Source: an uncultured Roseivirgaceae bacterium (lineage in GTDB: Bacteria > Bacteroidota > Bacteroidia > Cytophagales > Cyclobacteriaceae). Taken from it: a stretch of 61,760 bases of DNA. The notes beneath the pieces were generated by a model that was given only the letters and a program-made list of their open reading frames with translations, had not been told where the DNA came from and did not search any database. This document shows positions 46,264 to 56,390 of the stretch, piece by piece. The position numbers and the translations under genes are program-made. Position 1 is the first letter of the stretch, and every line of letters begins with the position of its first letter. Location of the stretch: positions 1,745-63,504 of the forward strand of contig CAZONK010000001.1 in the NCBI GenBank assembly GCA_964581095.1, in the 5' to 3' direction.

Positions 46264-48153
46264 ATGAAAACATTATCAGCATTATTGACCTTGGTTTTTA
46301 TTCCATTTATTTCATTTGCGCAAATTGATAGTCTTGTAAATGTCTCTTTGGTCCATACAAATATTGTTTATGACACCATCAATGGCAGGCAGTATATAAA
46401 AACAGAATCTGGTTTTGCAGAAGAAGTATCAATCCCACATAAATACTCATTGGATCAAATGAAAGGAAATATTGCCGGAACTGCCGCCGGATTATTTTTT
46501 GATTTTGGGAAGGAAAGTCTTAACGGTAAACTTATGTATGGCTTTATTCCCAATGGTGATTCGAAACATCCTCATCCCGTTTATTTTAGAACTCCTGCTG
46601 ATATATTACAAGGCAAAGCAAGTATTAATATTAAGTACTCGCTCAGCAAAACATATGATATGGTGGGGTGGGAAAAATCAGGGACAGGAACAATCGGATA
46701 TCGGGTTATAGCTGAGGACGGGAGTATGTTGTATGATGGAGTAGTTACTTTTAAAGGAACTGGCCCCTTCGAGGTTGCACCCACTGTTATTGAAGGCCCG
46801 TTTATAAACCTGCTGACATCAGAAGGAGCTACAATATCATTTGAAACAAACCAGCCGATAGTTGCAGAAATTATTGTGGGGGATAAAACCTTTAAAACGG
46901 GATCTGCTGCAAATCACCATGAAATTAAAATAAAGGGCCTTTCCGCAGATACCCCCTACGATTACATACTAAAATATGGGGACATTAACGAAAAGTATCA
47001 ATTCAGGACAGCCCCGGATAATGGATCAAAGACTAAATTCACATTCGCTTATGCAAGTGACTCCCGATCAGGAAATGGAGGTGGCGAGCGCAATATTTTT
47101 GGTTCAAACTCCTATATCATGAAGAAAATTATGGCGCTGGCGATGTATAAAGATGCACGCTTCATGCAATTTACAGGTGACCTTATCACCGGGTATCAAA
47201 CCAATGAAGGAGATATGAAACTTCAATATGCCAATTGGAAGCGAGCGATAGAACCTTTTGCACATTACTTCCCGGTAGTTGCAGCAATGGGCAATCATGA
47301 AGCATTTATGCGCATGTTTAAGAACGGGAATACAACTTACATGATTGACCACTACCCCTATGATGAAGCATCAGCAGAAGCAATATTTAGTAATCAGTTT
47401 GTTAACCCCTTGAATGGACCTGACAGTGAAGATGGAGCCTCATATGATCCCAGTTTAACCAGAACTGATTTCCCTAGCTATAAAGAAAATGTGTTTTATT
47501 ACACTTATGACAATGTAGCTATGGTTGTATTAAATTCTGACTATTGGTATTCACCAAGCACCAATACCATACCTCAAATCGGAGGCGGTTTGCATGGATA
47601 TATTATGGATAATCAGACAAAATGGTTGAAGAAGACTTTAAAATCACTCGAAAAAAATGATGAAATCGATCATATTTTTATCACAGAACATACACCGTTT
47701 TTCCCTAATGGCGGGCACGTTGGAGATGATATGTGGTACAGGGGAAATAATGAAAAGCGACCCTGGGTTGCTGGGAAACCGCTTAAAAAAGGGATTATCG
47801 AACGCAGGGATGAGTTGTTGGATTTGCTAATAAACCAAAGCTCAAAAGTAGTAGCTATTCTTTCGGGAGATGAACATAACTATTGCAAAACTGAAATTGG
47901 CCCAGAAACAATTATATATGATGAAAAATGGGAAGGTAAAAAACTGGAGCTAAAGAGAACAATTTTTCAAATCAATAATGGAGCTGCCGGTGCACCCTAT
48001 TATGCACAGGAGCAAACACCCTGGACACCTTATACAAGTAGCTTCACAACCCAGAACGCCCTCGTATTCTTCCACGTCAATGGTGATAAGATAAAGATGG
48101 AAGTTATGAATCCTGATACGCTTGAACTAATCGAAACTTTTGATTTGAAGTAA
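46264..48153 (+). CDS. Secreted metallophosphoesterase (purple-acid-phosphatase-like)
   Basis: It has a signal peptide and the motifs ASDSR, GDLITG, GNHE and GDEHNY. Confidence 0.8.
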   Translation: MKTLSALLTLVFIPFISFAQIDSLVNVSLVHTNIVYDTINGRQYIKTESGFAEEVSIPHKYSLDQMKGNIAGTAAGLFFDFGKESLNGKLMYGFIPNGDSKHPHPVYFRTPADILQGKASINIKYSLSKTYDMVGWEKSGTGTIGYRVIAEDGSMLYDGVVTFKGTGPFEVAPTVIEGPFINLLTSEGATISFETNQPIVAEIIVGDKTFKTGSAANHHEIKIKGLSADTPYDYILKYGDINEKYQFRTAPDNGSKTKFTFAYASDSRSGNGGGERNIFGSNSYIMKKIMALAMYKDARFMQFTGDLITGYQTNEGDMKLQYANWKRAIEPFAHYFPVVAAMGNHEAFMRMFKNGNTTYMIDHYPYDEASAEAIFSNQFVNPLNGPDSEDGASYDPSLTRTDFPSYKENVFYYTYDNVAMVVLNSDYWYSPSTNTIPQIGGGLHGYIMDNQTKWLKKTLKSLEKNDEIDHIFITEHTPFFPNGGHVGDDMWYRGNNEKRPWVAGKPLKKGIIERRDELLDLLINQSSKVVAILSGDEHNYCKTEIGPETIIYDEKWEGKKLELKRTIFQINNGAAGAPYYAQEQTPWTPYTSSFTTQNALVFFHVNGDKIKMEVMNPDTLELIETFDLK

Positions 48154-48159
48154 TGAAGA

Positions 48160-48531
48160 ATGAATGTGACAAAGAAAATTGAGTGGATACTGCGGATAGG
48201 AGTTTTTGGCACGTTCATGGGCCATGGCATGTTCGCGATATTTTCTAATGCTTCCTGGATACCATATCTCACCACGGTAGGATTTTCACCGGAATGGGCT
48301 GTCAGGATAATGCCTGTTATCGGTGTAATTGATCTGATTGTAGCCTTAGTGGTTCTTGTCAAACCCTTAAAACCGATTATACTGTATGCAGTGTTTTGGG
48401 CTTTTATTACTGCCTTAATACGCCCGATATCCGGTGAATCAATTCTTGCTTTTGTTGAGCGATCTTCAAATTGGGCAGTCCCCCTTGCTTTGTACTTCCT
48501 CATTTTTAACCCGAAAAACAAAAAGCCCTGA
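48160..48531 (+). CDS. Small integral membrane protein
   Basis: 123 aa with about four TM helices and no specific motif. Confidence 0.45.
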   Translation: MNVTKKIEWILRIGVFGTFMGHGMFAIFSNASWIPYLTTVGFSPEWAVRIMPVIGVIDLIVALVVLVKPLKPIILYAVFWAFITALIRPISGESILAFVERSSNWAVPLALYFLIFNPKNKKP

Positions 48532-48576
48532 CAATCGCCAGGGCCTTATTTTAAATTTTTATATGAATTACTTCAA

Positions 48577-49986
48577 TCAACCTCCCGAACCAGGAGTGCC
48601 AAACAACCCTGTCATATTTAAGAACACAAGACCGATAACGATCGGGCAGACATATTTGATAAAGAATACCCACATGGTAGAAAACGAGATGGACCCAATC
48701 ATTGGTTTCGTAAAAAAGTCAGATCCCATCTTGATTTCATCAACAACCCGATCAATTTTCATTGCCCATCCAACATATATTGCTGTTGCAAGAGCGACCA
48801 CCACGATGAACAATGTTCCAAAGTAATAGTCCATAATTCCAAAGAACCCATCTTCAGTCATACCCCCATCAATCTTAGGGATGGACATACCCGAGAAAAA
48901 CTCAGATCCCCCAAAAGATAATGCTGAAGGAATACCAACAATAAAAACAAGTATGGCAACCACCCAGGCTGCTTTTTTCCTACTCCATTTACGCTCATCG
49001 ATAAAGTAAGATGCAGGTACTTCAAGCATTGAAATTGCAGATGTAAGCGCCGCTACCATCAATAATAGAAAGAAAATCGCCCCTACAATATTTCCTCCAG
49101 GCATCTGTGAAAACACATCGGGTAAAACCTGGAATACAAGAGCCGGACCTGCAGCCGGGTCTTTCCCAAACGCAAATACTGCCGGAAATACCATTAAACC
49201 TCCTAACAAAGCTACACCGGCATCCATCATGCCAACCCAGAGGCCGGCACTCACAATATTGGTGCTTTTTGGTAAGTAAGAGCCATATGTAATCATGATC
49301 CCCCAACCGATACTCATCGAAAAGAATGCCTGCCCGAGGGCCGCCAGTACTGTCTGGCCTGTAATCTTTGAAAAATCAGGGTTCAAATAATATGCTAATC
49401 CTGCATCTGCCCCTTCGAGGGTAACTGCTCGTGCTACAACCACAAAAATCAGGAGAAACAACATGGGCATTAATATTTTTGAAGCTTTCTCAATTCCTCC
49501 AGAAACACCCCCTAATACGATGACAACCGTAATCAATAGGAATATAGCTGAAAGGCCAATGGCCATCCCGGGTTCCGCAGCAAAATCTGCGAATGGGGTT
49601 TGGTTCCCTACAGCGGTTTTAAAAATATAACCAATCGTCCATCCGGCTATAACGCTATAGTAAGTAAGAACAAAAAAACTGACAAGAATTGCCAGCAGCG
49701 CCCCAATAAATAACCAGAATTTGTTTGACCCTGTCTTTTTAAATGCACCTATTGGGTTTTTCCCGGTCAATCGGCCAAGACCGATTTCATTAAATAATAA
49801 AGGTGCCCCAATAAGGATCACGCACAATATATACACAAACACAAAGGCACCACCACCATTCTGGCCGGTGATATAAGGAAACCTCCAGATATTACCAAGC
49901 CCTACCGCCGAACCGGCTGCAGCCATGATAAAACCAAACGATGATCCCCATTCTCCCCTGTCTTCTGAGCTTGGGCTAACAGACAT
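48577..49986 (-). CDS. Sodium-dependent transporter, SNF (neurotransmitter:sodium symporter) family
   Basis: It has the GLGNIWRFPY motif and is a polytopic 469-aa protein. Confidence 0.9.
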   Translation of the reverse strand: MSVSPSSEDRGEWGSSFGFIMAAAGSAVGLGNIWRFPYITGQNGGGAFVFVYILCVILIGAPLLFNEIGLGRLTGKNPIGAFKKTGSNKFWLFIGALLAILVSFFVLTYYSVIAGWTIGYIFKTAVGNQTPFADFAAEPGMAIGLSAIFLLITVVIVLGGVSGGIEKASKILMPMLFLLIFVVVARAVTLEGADAGLAYYLNPDFSKITGQTVLAALGQAFFSMSIGWGIMITYGSYLPKSTNIVSAGLWVGMMDAGVALLGGLMVFPAVFAFGKDPAAGPALVFQVLPDVFSQMPGGNIVGAIFFLLLMVAALTSAISMLEVPASYFIDERKWSRKKAAWVVAILVFIVGIPSALSFGGSEFFSGMSIPKIDGGMTEDGFFGIMDYYFGTLFIVVVALATAIYVGWAMKIDRVVDEIKMGSDFFTKPMIGSISFSTMWVFFIKYVCPIVIGLVFLNMTGLFGTPGSGG

Positions 49987-50091
49987 AGTATTAAAAGTTT
50001 AAGTTAATTAAGGTTAATTGATTCAGGTTTTTCGGGAACCCCCGATTTAAAGTCACCAAGAATAGTACAATTTTTCCAATAATACCAATAT

Positions 50092-50994
50092 TTAAGGACG
50101 AATGGATTGGACTTGTTTTGCAACTGTTTCAATGCCCTTTTCAAAAGATTGTGGATGATATCCCAAAACTGTTCTGGCTTTACTAATATCAAATCCCGTA
50201 CGCATTGGACGCTTAGCAGGTTGTGTAAAAATCGTTGAATCTGTTTTTTGTATAAGTGATTTATCAAGACCAAAATAATCGGCAGTTTTCAATGCCATTT
50301 GATAAGGCGTAAGATAGTCCTTGCCTGAAATATTAAAAATTCCTGTTTGTTTTTGATCAACAATTCTGAAACAACCGTCAGCCAGGTCTTCGGCCAAAGT
50401 AGGTGTTCGCCATTGGTCATCCACCACATTTATCTTTTTACCTTCCTGCAGGCTGTTTTTGACCCACAATATGATATTTGACCTGCTCATGTCCTCAACA
50501 ATTCCATACACGAGGACAGTTCTGGCAATTGCCCAGGGAATTTTACTATTCATTACAATACGTTCAGCTTCTAGCTTTGTCTCACCATAGTAATTAACCG
50601 GTGATGCCTGTTGATCCTCATCAAGCATTCCGGTGTTGCCATCAAAAATAAAATCTGTTGAGAGATATAGAAAAAAGGAGTTCAGTTTTTCCGCAACCTC
50701 CACAAGGATTTTAACGGAGGTAACGTTTGATAAAAAGCAATTTTCCTTATTGAGTTCACACTCATCTACATTTGTCATTGCAGCCGTATGAATAACCGCA
50801 TCCGGTTTAAAATCATTGAATACATCCTCAACATTTTTCAGATTAGAAATATCCAATTCCTGGTAACCAGCAGGATATTTGAAACGTTTTTTACCACGTC
50901 CTGTCGCCAGGAAATCATGGTTGCTATTTTTATGAATATGCCTGACAAGTTTTTGACCCAACAGACCATTGGCTCCTGTTAATAATATCCTCAT
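50092..50994 (-). CDS. SDR-family NAD(P)-dependent reductase, RmlD (dTDP-4-dehydrorhamnose reductase)-like
   Basis: It has the Rossmann motif LTGANGLLG and the catalytic YGETK (YxxxK); 300 aa. Confidence 0.7.
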   Translation of the reverse strand: MRILLTGANGLLGQKLVRHIHKNSNHDFLATGRGKKRFKYPAGYQELDISNLKNVEDVFNDFKPDAVIHTAAMTNVDECELNKENCFLSNVTSVKILVEVAEKLNSFFLYLSTDFIFDGNTGMLDEDQQASPVNYYGETKLEAERIVMNSKIPWAIARTVLVYGIVEDMSRSNIILWVKNSLQEGKKINVVDDQWRTPTLAEDLADGCFRIVDQKQTGIFNISGKDYLTPYQMALKTADYFGLDKSLIQKTDSTIFTQPAKRPMRTGFDISKARTVLGYHPQSFEKGIETVAKQVQSIRP

Positions 50995-51840
50995 CTATTT
51001 CTCCTCAGGATATTCAATGCCATAAAGTTTGGCAATTTTTTTCTTTGAAATTTCTTCAACTGTTACCATCATATAAATGTCCTCAAGGGGTACGTCACCC
51101 GGGCCCGTTGATTGCTCCGCAATTTTATCAACAATCTCCAGGCCCTCAACTACTTGTCCAAACACCGTATATTCCCAATCCAGATGTGGGGAACCACCTA
51201 TACTTTCATATTTTGAAAGCTGTTCGTCTGTATAGGACTTTTTAACAATTTTCCCATATTCAGCTTCAACAATACCGACAGATTCTAATACTTTTTCCCT
51301 TACTCCCGCATCATCGTTTACTTGCTGCAACGCAATCAGATCGTTCAACACATCCTTGTTTTTCCCTTCCTGAAACAGTTGGTTCAGTTTTTGAACACAC
51401 TGATTATAATAGCTATCCTCAGTAAGTTTTACCAATTCTTCCCTGGAAAACTTCCTTCCATGAACAATATAAAATTGAGTACCTGAACGTTTTTCAGGAT
51501 TATTTGTACGGGCACCTGCTAGGGCACCTTTTGTGTGTACCAGGTTGGGCCGAAATTCCGCATCAATAAGCGTGTTATCCTTATCCGTTACTCCGGGTAG
51601 ACGATTCACATCGCCACCCTGCACCATAAATTCCCTAATAACCCGATGAAAGGTTGTACTGTCATATTTGCCATCCTTTGCAAACTCAATAAATTTAGCT
51701 TTATGAAGAGGTGTTTCATCAAATAATACCAGCTTCATATTACCATATTCAGTGGAGATGGTTACCAGATAATCAGATTCCTCACATGCTGTAATTAGTA
51801 AAATGGACAATAGGAAAAGTGTTTTATACAAATATTTCAT
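50995..51840 (-). CDS. Cyclophilin-type peptidyl-prolyl cis-trans isomerase (lipoprotein-like, with insert)
   Basis: It has FHRVIREFMVQGGD and a C-terminal YTVFGQVVEG motif, plus an N-terminal signal with Cys. Confidence 0.85.
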   Translation of the reverse strand: MKYLYKTLFLLSILLITACEESDYLVTISTEYGNMKLVLFDETPLHKAKFIEFAKDGKYDSTTFHRVIREFMVQGGDVNRLPGVTDKDNTLIDAEFRPNLVHTKGALAGARTNNPEKRSGTQFYIVHGRKFSREELVKLTEDSYYNQCVQKLNQLFQEGKNKDVLNDLIALQQVNDDAGVREKVLESVGIVEAEYGKIVKKSYTDEQLSKYESIGGSPHLDWEYTVFGQVVEGLEIVDKIAEQSTGPGDVPLEDIYMMVTVEEISKKKIAKLYGIEYPEEK

Positions 51841-52979
51841 TACTGCTTTATTTTTTGTGTTGACTTAAATATATCAGATATTAAAATGGATAAGTTCAGG
51901 AATTCAATTTTAGCATTTGCATTCCTTTCAAGGTGATACATAGATGCACCCATTGCATCAAAAATGCTACCTATCTTTTCTTCATCCATAACTTTACTAA
52001 AATTCAGTGCAAATGTCTCGTCTTCACCGTGTATTCGGCTCAACTCAGGGACTGATCCGGTAATCAGGGTCTCACGCATCATACCGATGCTATAGGCAAG
52101 CATACTTTTTCTCATTACCTTGTTCATTGCTGCGAACTCTTCTGACAGCTCCACCATTCTGGGGTAGACTATCGTGAAACAAACCCTCATCCATTCCCTG
52201 AACCATTCATGTGTATTGTCTTCTATTTCCAAAATAACCTTTTGAGCTTCGTGCAGGCTACCATCTGCAATTCTGGATATACGTTGGGCTTTCTCTTCAG
52301 AAATGTCATATTTCCCCACCAATTCAATGCCTATTTCTTCATCCGTAAATTTCCTGATATTCATCCGTTGAGTCCGTGAGGTAATCGTTGACAGTAATTG
52401 TTCGGCATTGTTGGTTGCAAGTAAAAAAACAGTTTTGTCAGGTGGTTCTTCCAACACTTTAAGTAAAGCATTGGCTCCTTCCTTACCCATCCTTTCAGGA
52501 AGCCAAATAATAACAATCTTGTATTCGGACTCAAATGACTTTAGCGAGAGACTTTTAATAATTTCCCTCGTTTCATTCACCGTAATTATTGCTTGTTTAT
52601 CTTGTCCACCAAATGCAATCGTCCACTCTTCAAGGGTACTATAAATGTTCTCCTTAATAAAGCTACGCCACTCTTTAAGAAATTTATTGCTCAGTGCATC
52701 TTTTGAAGCTATGCTTTTCGTTCCTGTTACCGGATAAATAAATTGGATATCCGGGTGGACAAAATTGAAAGATTTTTTACAAGCAGGGCAATCTCCGCAA
52801 CTCCCCGTTGGCAACCTTTTTAAACAAGTAAGATAGTTGGCAAAGGCGATTGCCATTGCAAGGTTCGGGCTCCCTTCAGGTCCGGCAAACAATTGTGCAT
52901 GGGCAACCTTGTTTTGCGTTACTGTAGAAATGAGGTGTTCTTTCACCTCATTCAGACCTGGAATGGTATTAAAGTGCAT
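51840..52979 (-). CDS. holB: DNA polymerase III delta' subunit
   Basis: It has the AAA+-like N-terminus AHAQLFAGPEGS, a zinc module CGDCPACKK and an SRT-type motif ITSRTQ. Confidence 0.8.
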   Translation of the reverse strand: MHFNTIPGLNEVKEHLISTVTQNKVAHAQLFAGPEGSPNLAMAIAFANYLTCLKRLPTGSCGDCPACKKSFNFVHPDIQFIYPVTGTKSIASKDALSNKFLKEWRSFIKENIYSTLEEWTIAFGGQDKQAIITVNETREIIKSLSLKSFESEYKIVIIWLPERMGKEGANALLKVLEEPPDKTVFLLATNNAEQLLSTITSRTQRMNIRKFTDEEIGIELVGKYDISEEKAQRISRIADGSLHEAQKVILEIEDNTHEWFREWMRVCFTIVYPRMVELSEEFAAMNKVMRKSMLAYSIGMMRETLITGSVPELSRIHGEDETFALNFSKVMDEEKIGSIFDAMGASMYHLERNANAKIEFLNLSILISDIFKSTQKIKQ

Positions 52980-52985
52980 TAATCG

Positions 52986-54176
52986 CTAAAAATTCCTGAA
53001 TTCCGAAGAAACTTCAAAGATATGAGAAAGTATGGCTTTGTCATTATCGGAAAGTTGAATATTCCTTCTTTCCATCATCTTATTTGCCATTTCATAAAAC
53101 CGTTCTATTCGAAATGATTTAAATCCTGAAGCACCACCCCAGCTAAAAGATGGGATAAAATTTCGTGGGAATCCCGCACCAAAAATATTCGAACCGATAC
53201 CAATAACTGTACCTGTGTTAAACATTGTGTTTATACCGCACTTTGTATGATCTCCCATGATCATTCCACAGAATTGCAAACCGGTATTTATAAACCCCTT
53301 TTTAGGGTAACTCCAGATTTTTACATCAGCATAATTGTTTTTGAGATTGCTGTTATTTGTATCTGCTCCAATATTGCACCATTCTCCTATTACTGCATTG
53401 CCAAGAAAACCTTCATGTCCTTTATTGCTATAACCAAACATTACAACATTATTTATTTCTCCACCTGCCCTGCAATAGGGACCAAATGTGGTATTGTGTC
53501 TTACTTTGGCATTCAAATTAATATGTGTTCCTTCTCCAACTGCAACAGGTCCGTGAAGAATTGCACTTTCCATAATCCTGGAATTTTTCCCCAGGTAGAT
53601 GGGACCTTCCTCAGCATTAATTATGGCGGCTTTAATATCAACACCTTCTTCTAAAAATAAATTTTCCTTTCCATAAATGATTGTATGCGGATCTGTTACC
53701 GAAGCAGATTCCCTGCCTTTTGTTACAATATCGAAATCTTTGCGAATCTGATCTCCATTTTCATTAAATATTTTCCAGACACGGTCAATAATTACAACTG
53801 ATTCTGAATGTTGTTTGCGTTTTAAGTTATTCGATCCATTTAAAAATTCGTCTATTTCGCCGGCTTCAACAATTGCAGCCAGTAGTACATCTTCCTTATA
53901 CAGTCCCTCACCAGGCAGTAATCTATTTATTTCTTCCCATAACCCGTCATTTGGTATGACGGCACCATTAATCAAAAGATTTTGATCCTCTATATTTCTT
54001 GGGAAATTGGGCTGAAGATATTCTGCCACCAGGTATGAAACTTTCGATACCGAAAAGCTCATCCACTTTTCCGCTATAGTCATAATACCTATACGAATAT
54101 CAGCGATTGGACGAAGATATGTTAATGGCAACAAATGGGACCTGGTCGAAGGGTCATCAAACAAAATTATATTCAT
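52986..54176 (-). CDS. GlmU-like putative sugar nucleotidyl/acyl transferase with left-handed beta-helix
   Basis: It has hexapeptide-repeat segments (GEWCNIGADTNNSN, GDHTKCGINTMFNTGTVIGIGSNIFG) after an N-terminal nucleotidyltransferase-like region. Confidence 0.6.
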   Translation of the reverse strand: MNIILFDDPSTRSHLLPLTYLRPIADIRIGIMTIAEKWMSFSVSKVSYLVAEYLQPNFPRNIEDQNLLINGAVIPNDGLWEEINRLLPGEGLYKEDVLLAAIVEAGEIDEFLNGSNNLKRKQHSESVVIIDRVWKIFNENGDQIRKDFDIVTKGRESASVTDPHTIIYGKENLFLEEGVDIKAAIINAEEGPIYLGKNSRIMESAILHGPVAVGEGTHINLNAKVRHNTTFGPYCRAGGEINNVVMFGYSNKGHEGFLGNAVIGEWCNIGADTNNSNLKNNYADVKIWSYPKKGFINTGLQFCGMIMGDHTKCGINTMFNTGTVIGIGSNIFGAGFPRNFIPSFSWGGASGFKSFRIERFYEMANKMMERRNIQLSDNDKAILSHIFEVSSEFRNF

Positions 54177-54241
54177 GCTGTAAAAATAAAAAAGTCTCCA
54201 CGATGTACATCATGGAGACTTCATTCCTGTGTAAATTCCCT

Positions 54242-54487
54242 TTATTTTTTCTTGTATCGTCTGTTAAACTTCTCAACACGTCCCGCAGTGTCAACAAATA
54301 CTTTCTTGCCAGTATAAAACGGATGAGAAGCTGAACTTACTTCTATTTTTACTAGAGGATATTCATTCCCATCTTCCCATTTAATCTTTTCCTTGGATCC
54401 CATGGTAGATTTCGTCAAAAACTTAAATCCATTCTGAGTGTCTTCAAAAACCACTTCTTTATATTGCGGATGGAAATCTTTTTTCAT
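54242..54487 (-). CDS. rpmE2: 50S ribosomal protein L31, type B (no zinc ribbon)
   Basis: [14 protein letters not shown]...HPFYTGK; there are no Cys residues. Confidence 0.9.
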   Translation of the reverse strand: MKKDFHPQYKEVVFEDTQNGFKFLTKSTMGSKEKIKWEDGNEYPLVKIEVSSASHPFYTGKKVFVDTAGRVEKFNRRYKKK

Positions 54488-54525
54488 CTTTTTCTTCTTT
54501 TAATAGATGTTTTTAAAACGGATTG

Positions 54526-54533
54526 CAAAAGTA
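54526..54533 (-). promoter_or_regulatory. -7 promoter box TACTTTTG (minus strand)
   Basis: The reverse complement matches TAnnTTTG, 38 nt upstream of the L31 start. Confidence 0.4.
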
Positions 54534-54659
54534 GCCATTATAACTTTATTTACAAAGTCAAATTTATAAGTATAGTATTCGATAACATAAATATTCTTGT
54601 GCGATCGCATATTTTTTGAAAACTACAATTAGTATCTTGGATGCTTTGAGATTATAGAA

Positions 54660-56351
54660 TTGCAAAAATTACTAATTATATTATTATTGATATTGGGTAT
54701 TCCGGGGTTTGTAGCAGCCCAGAGCACCAATGCACAACTTGATCGCGATTACAACCATCTTATAGAACGGATGGAGATAATGAGTGGAGATTTTACGCCC
54801 GGCTTTCATTCGGTGTACAAGGCCTATCCCAGAAAAGCCGTTGCCCGGTTTATTGATAGCCTGCAATCGGGGGACCTGTCACTATCCCTACAGGACCAAT
54901 TCAATTTATCCTACCTGGAAAATGATAACTGGGAATGGAGTGATTCGCCAGAAAACACTAGTAAGAAAGCATTTCTCAAGCATTTCTATAAAGTAAAATC
55001 AGATTTATGGCAGCATCGAAGTAAAGACTTTGACTTCCATGTCAATCCTGTTTTCCTTTTTGGGGCAGGCAAAGAGACGGAATCCGACATTACCACATGG
55101 GTAAACACCCGTGGACTTGAAATTCGCGGTACGATAGATGGTAAAGTAGGATTCTACTCTTTTCTTACTGATAACCAGGCAGTACTTCCATTTTATGTAA
55201 GGGATTTTATTTCCAAACGACATGCTGTTCCTCATGAAGGATTCTATAAAGGATTTAAAGACAATGGGGTTGACTTTTTTACAGCGCGGGGATATATCAG
55301 CTTCCAGGCTTCAAAACACATCAACTTCCAGTTCGGGCATGATCGCTTTTTTATTGGTAACGGATACCGTTCCCTGATTTTGTCAGATTTTTCTCCACCC
55401 TACTTATTTCTAAAAGTGAACACCCGTATCGGCAGATTTAAATATACAAACCTGTTTACTCAAATGAGGGCTGATGCCTTTGGTCGGCTCGGTGGGTCTC
55501 CATCAGGAAATGACTTCCCTGTGAAATATGTAGTACTGCATCACTTAAGTGTAAACATCGGGAAATCCCTGAACCTGGGAGTTTTTGAGACCGTGGCGTA
55601 TGGAAGAGAAGATTCAACCGGGAACAACAATTTTGATTTAAACTATTTAAATCCTATCATCTTTTACAGGGCGATCGAGCAGCAAAATGGAAGCTCGGAC
55701 AATGTATCAATTGGTGGGGACTTTCGATGGAACTTTGCTAGAAAATTTTCGGTCTATGGCCAATTTGTATTGGACGAGTTCAAATTGGATGAAATTAAAG
55801 CCGGTAATGGATGGTGGGCAAATAAATATGCATTTCAGTTAGGAGGAAAATATATTAATGTATTTAACCTCGCAAACCTTGACTTCCTTTTGGAATATAA
55901 CTATACCAGGCCCTATATTTATTCGCACCGCTCGATCTATACCAACTTTGGCAATTACCTGCAGGAAATCGCCCATCCGCTTGGGGCGAATTTCAATGAA
56001 ATAATCGCAGAAATTCGATACCAACCCTTCGACAGGTTTACATTTGTACTTCGTCCAATATTTGCCAGTTATGGAGAGGATGAAGACAAAAGCACCAATT
56101 GGGGTGGCAACATTTTTAAGGACAATACTACCCGTGAACAGGAATATGACAATAAAACAGGGCAGGGAGTAGCTACCAACCTTACATTGGTTGATTTTAC
56201 AACCACATTTCAGCTGAAACACAATGTATTTATTGATATCAAATACATTTATAGGGATAAAAGCAGCGAGTTGCCTGCCATGAATCAAAATACAAATTCT
56301 GTAAATTTGGCCTTCCGCTGGAATATCCAGCAGCGTATGCATGATTTTTAA
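54660..56351 (+). CDS. Outer-membrane beta-barrel protein, possibly capsule-assembly Wzi-like
   Basis: TTG start, a signal peptide and alternating beta-strand patterns ending in an aromatic residue (MHDF). The family assignment is tentative. Confidence 0.4.
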   Translation: MQKLLIILLLILGIPGFVAAQSTNAQLDRDYNHLIERMEIMSGDFTPGFHSVYKAYPRKAVARFIDSLQSGDLSLSLQDQFNLSYLENDNWEWSDSPENTSKKAFLKHFYKVKSDLWQHRSKDFDFHVNPVFLFGAGKETESDITTWVNTRGLEIRGTIDGKVGFYSFLTDNQAVLPFYVRDFISKRHAVPHEGFYKGFKDNGVDFFTARGYISFQASKHINFQFGHDRFFIGNGYRSLILSDFSPPYLFLKVNTRIGRFKYTNLFTQMRADAFGRLGGSPSGNDFPVKYVVLHHLSVNIGKSLNLGVFETVAYGREDSTGNNNFDLNYLNPIIFYRAIEQQNGSSDNVSIGGDFRWNFARKFSVYGQFVLDEFKLDEIKAGNGWWANKYAFQLGGKYINVFNLANLDFLLEYNYTRPYIYSHRSIYTNFGNYLQEIAHPLGANFNEIIAEIRYQPFDRFTFVLRPIFASYGEDEDKSTNWGGNIFKDNTTREQEYDNKTGQGVATNLTLVDFTTTFQLKHNVFIDIKYIYRDKSSELPAMNQNTNSVNLAFRWNIQQRMHDF

Positions 56352-56390
56352 GCCTTTATCTTCTAAATTGCAACCCGGTTTTTTTAGTTA

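Noticed and set aside
50020-50060. A small hairpin, tcggg-aacc-cccga, lies between the rmlD-like gene and the SNF transporter gene. I considered it as a possible terminator.
   Set aside because: The stem is short and no T-run follows it in the orientation of the upstream minus-strand gene.
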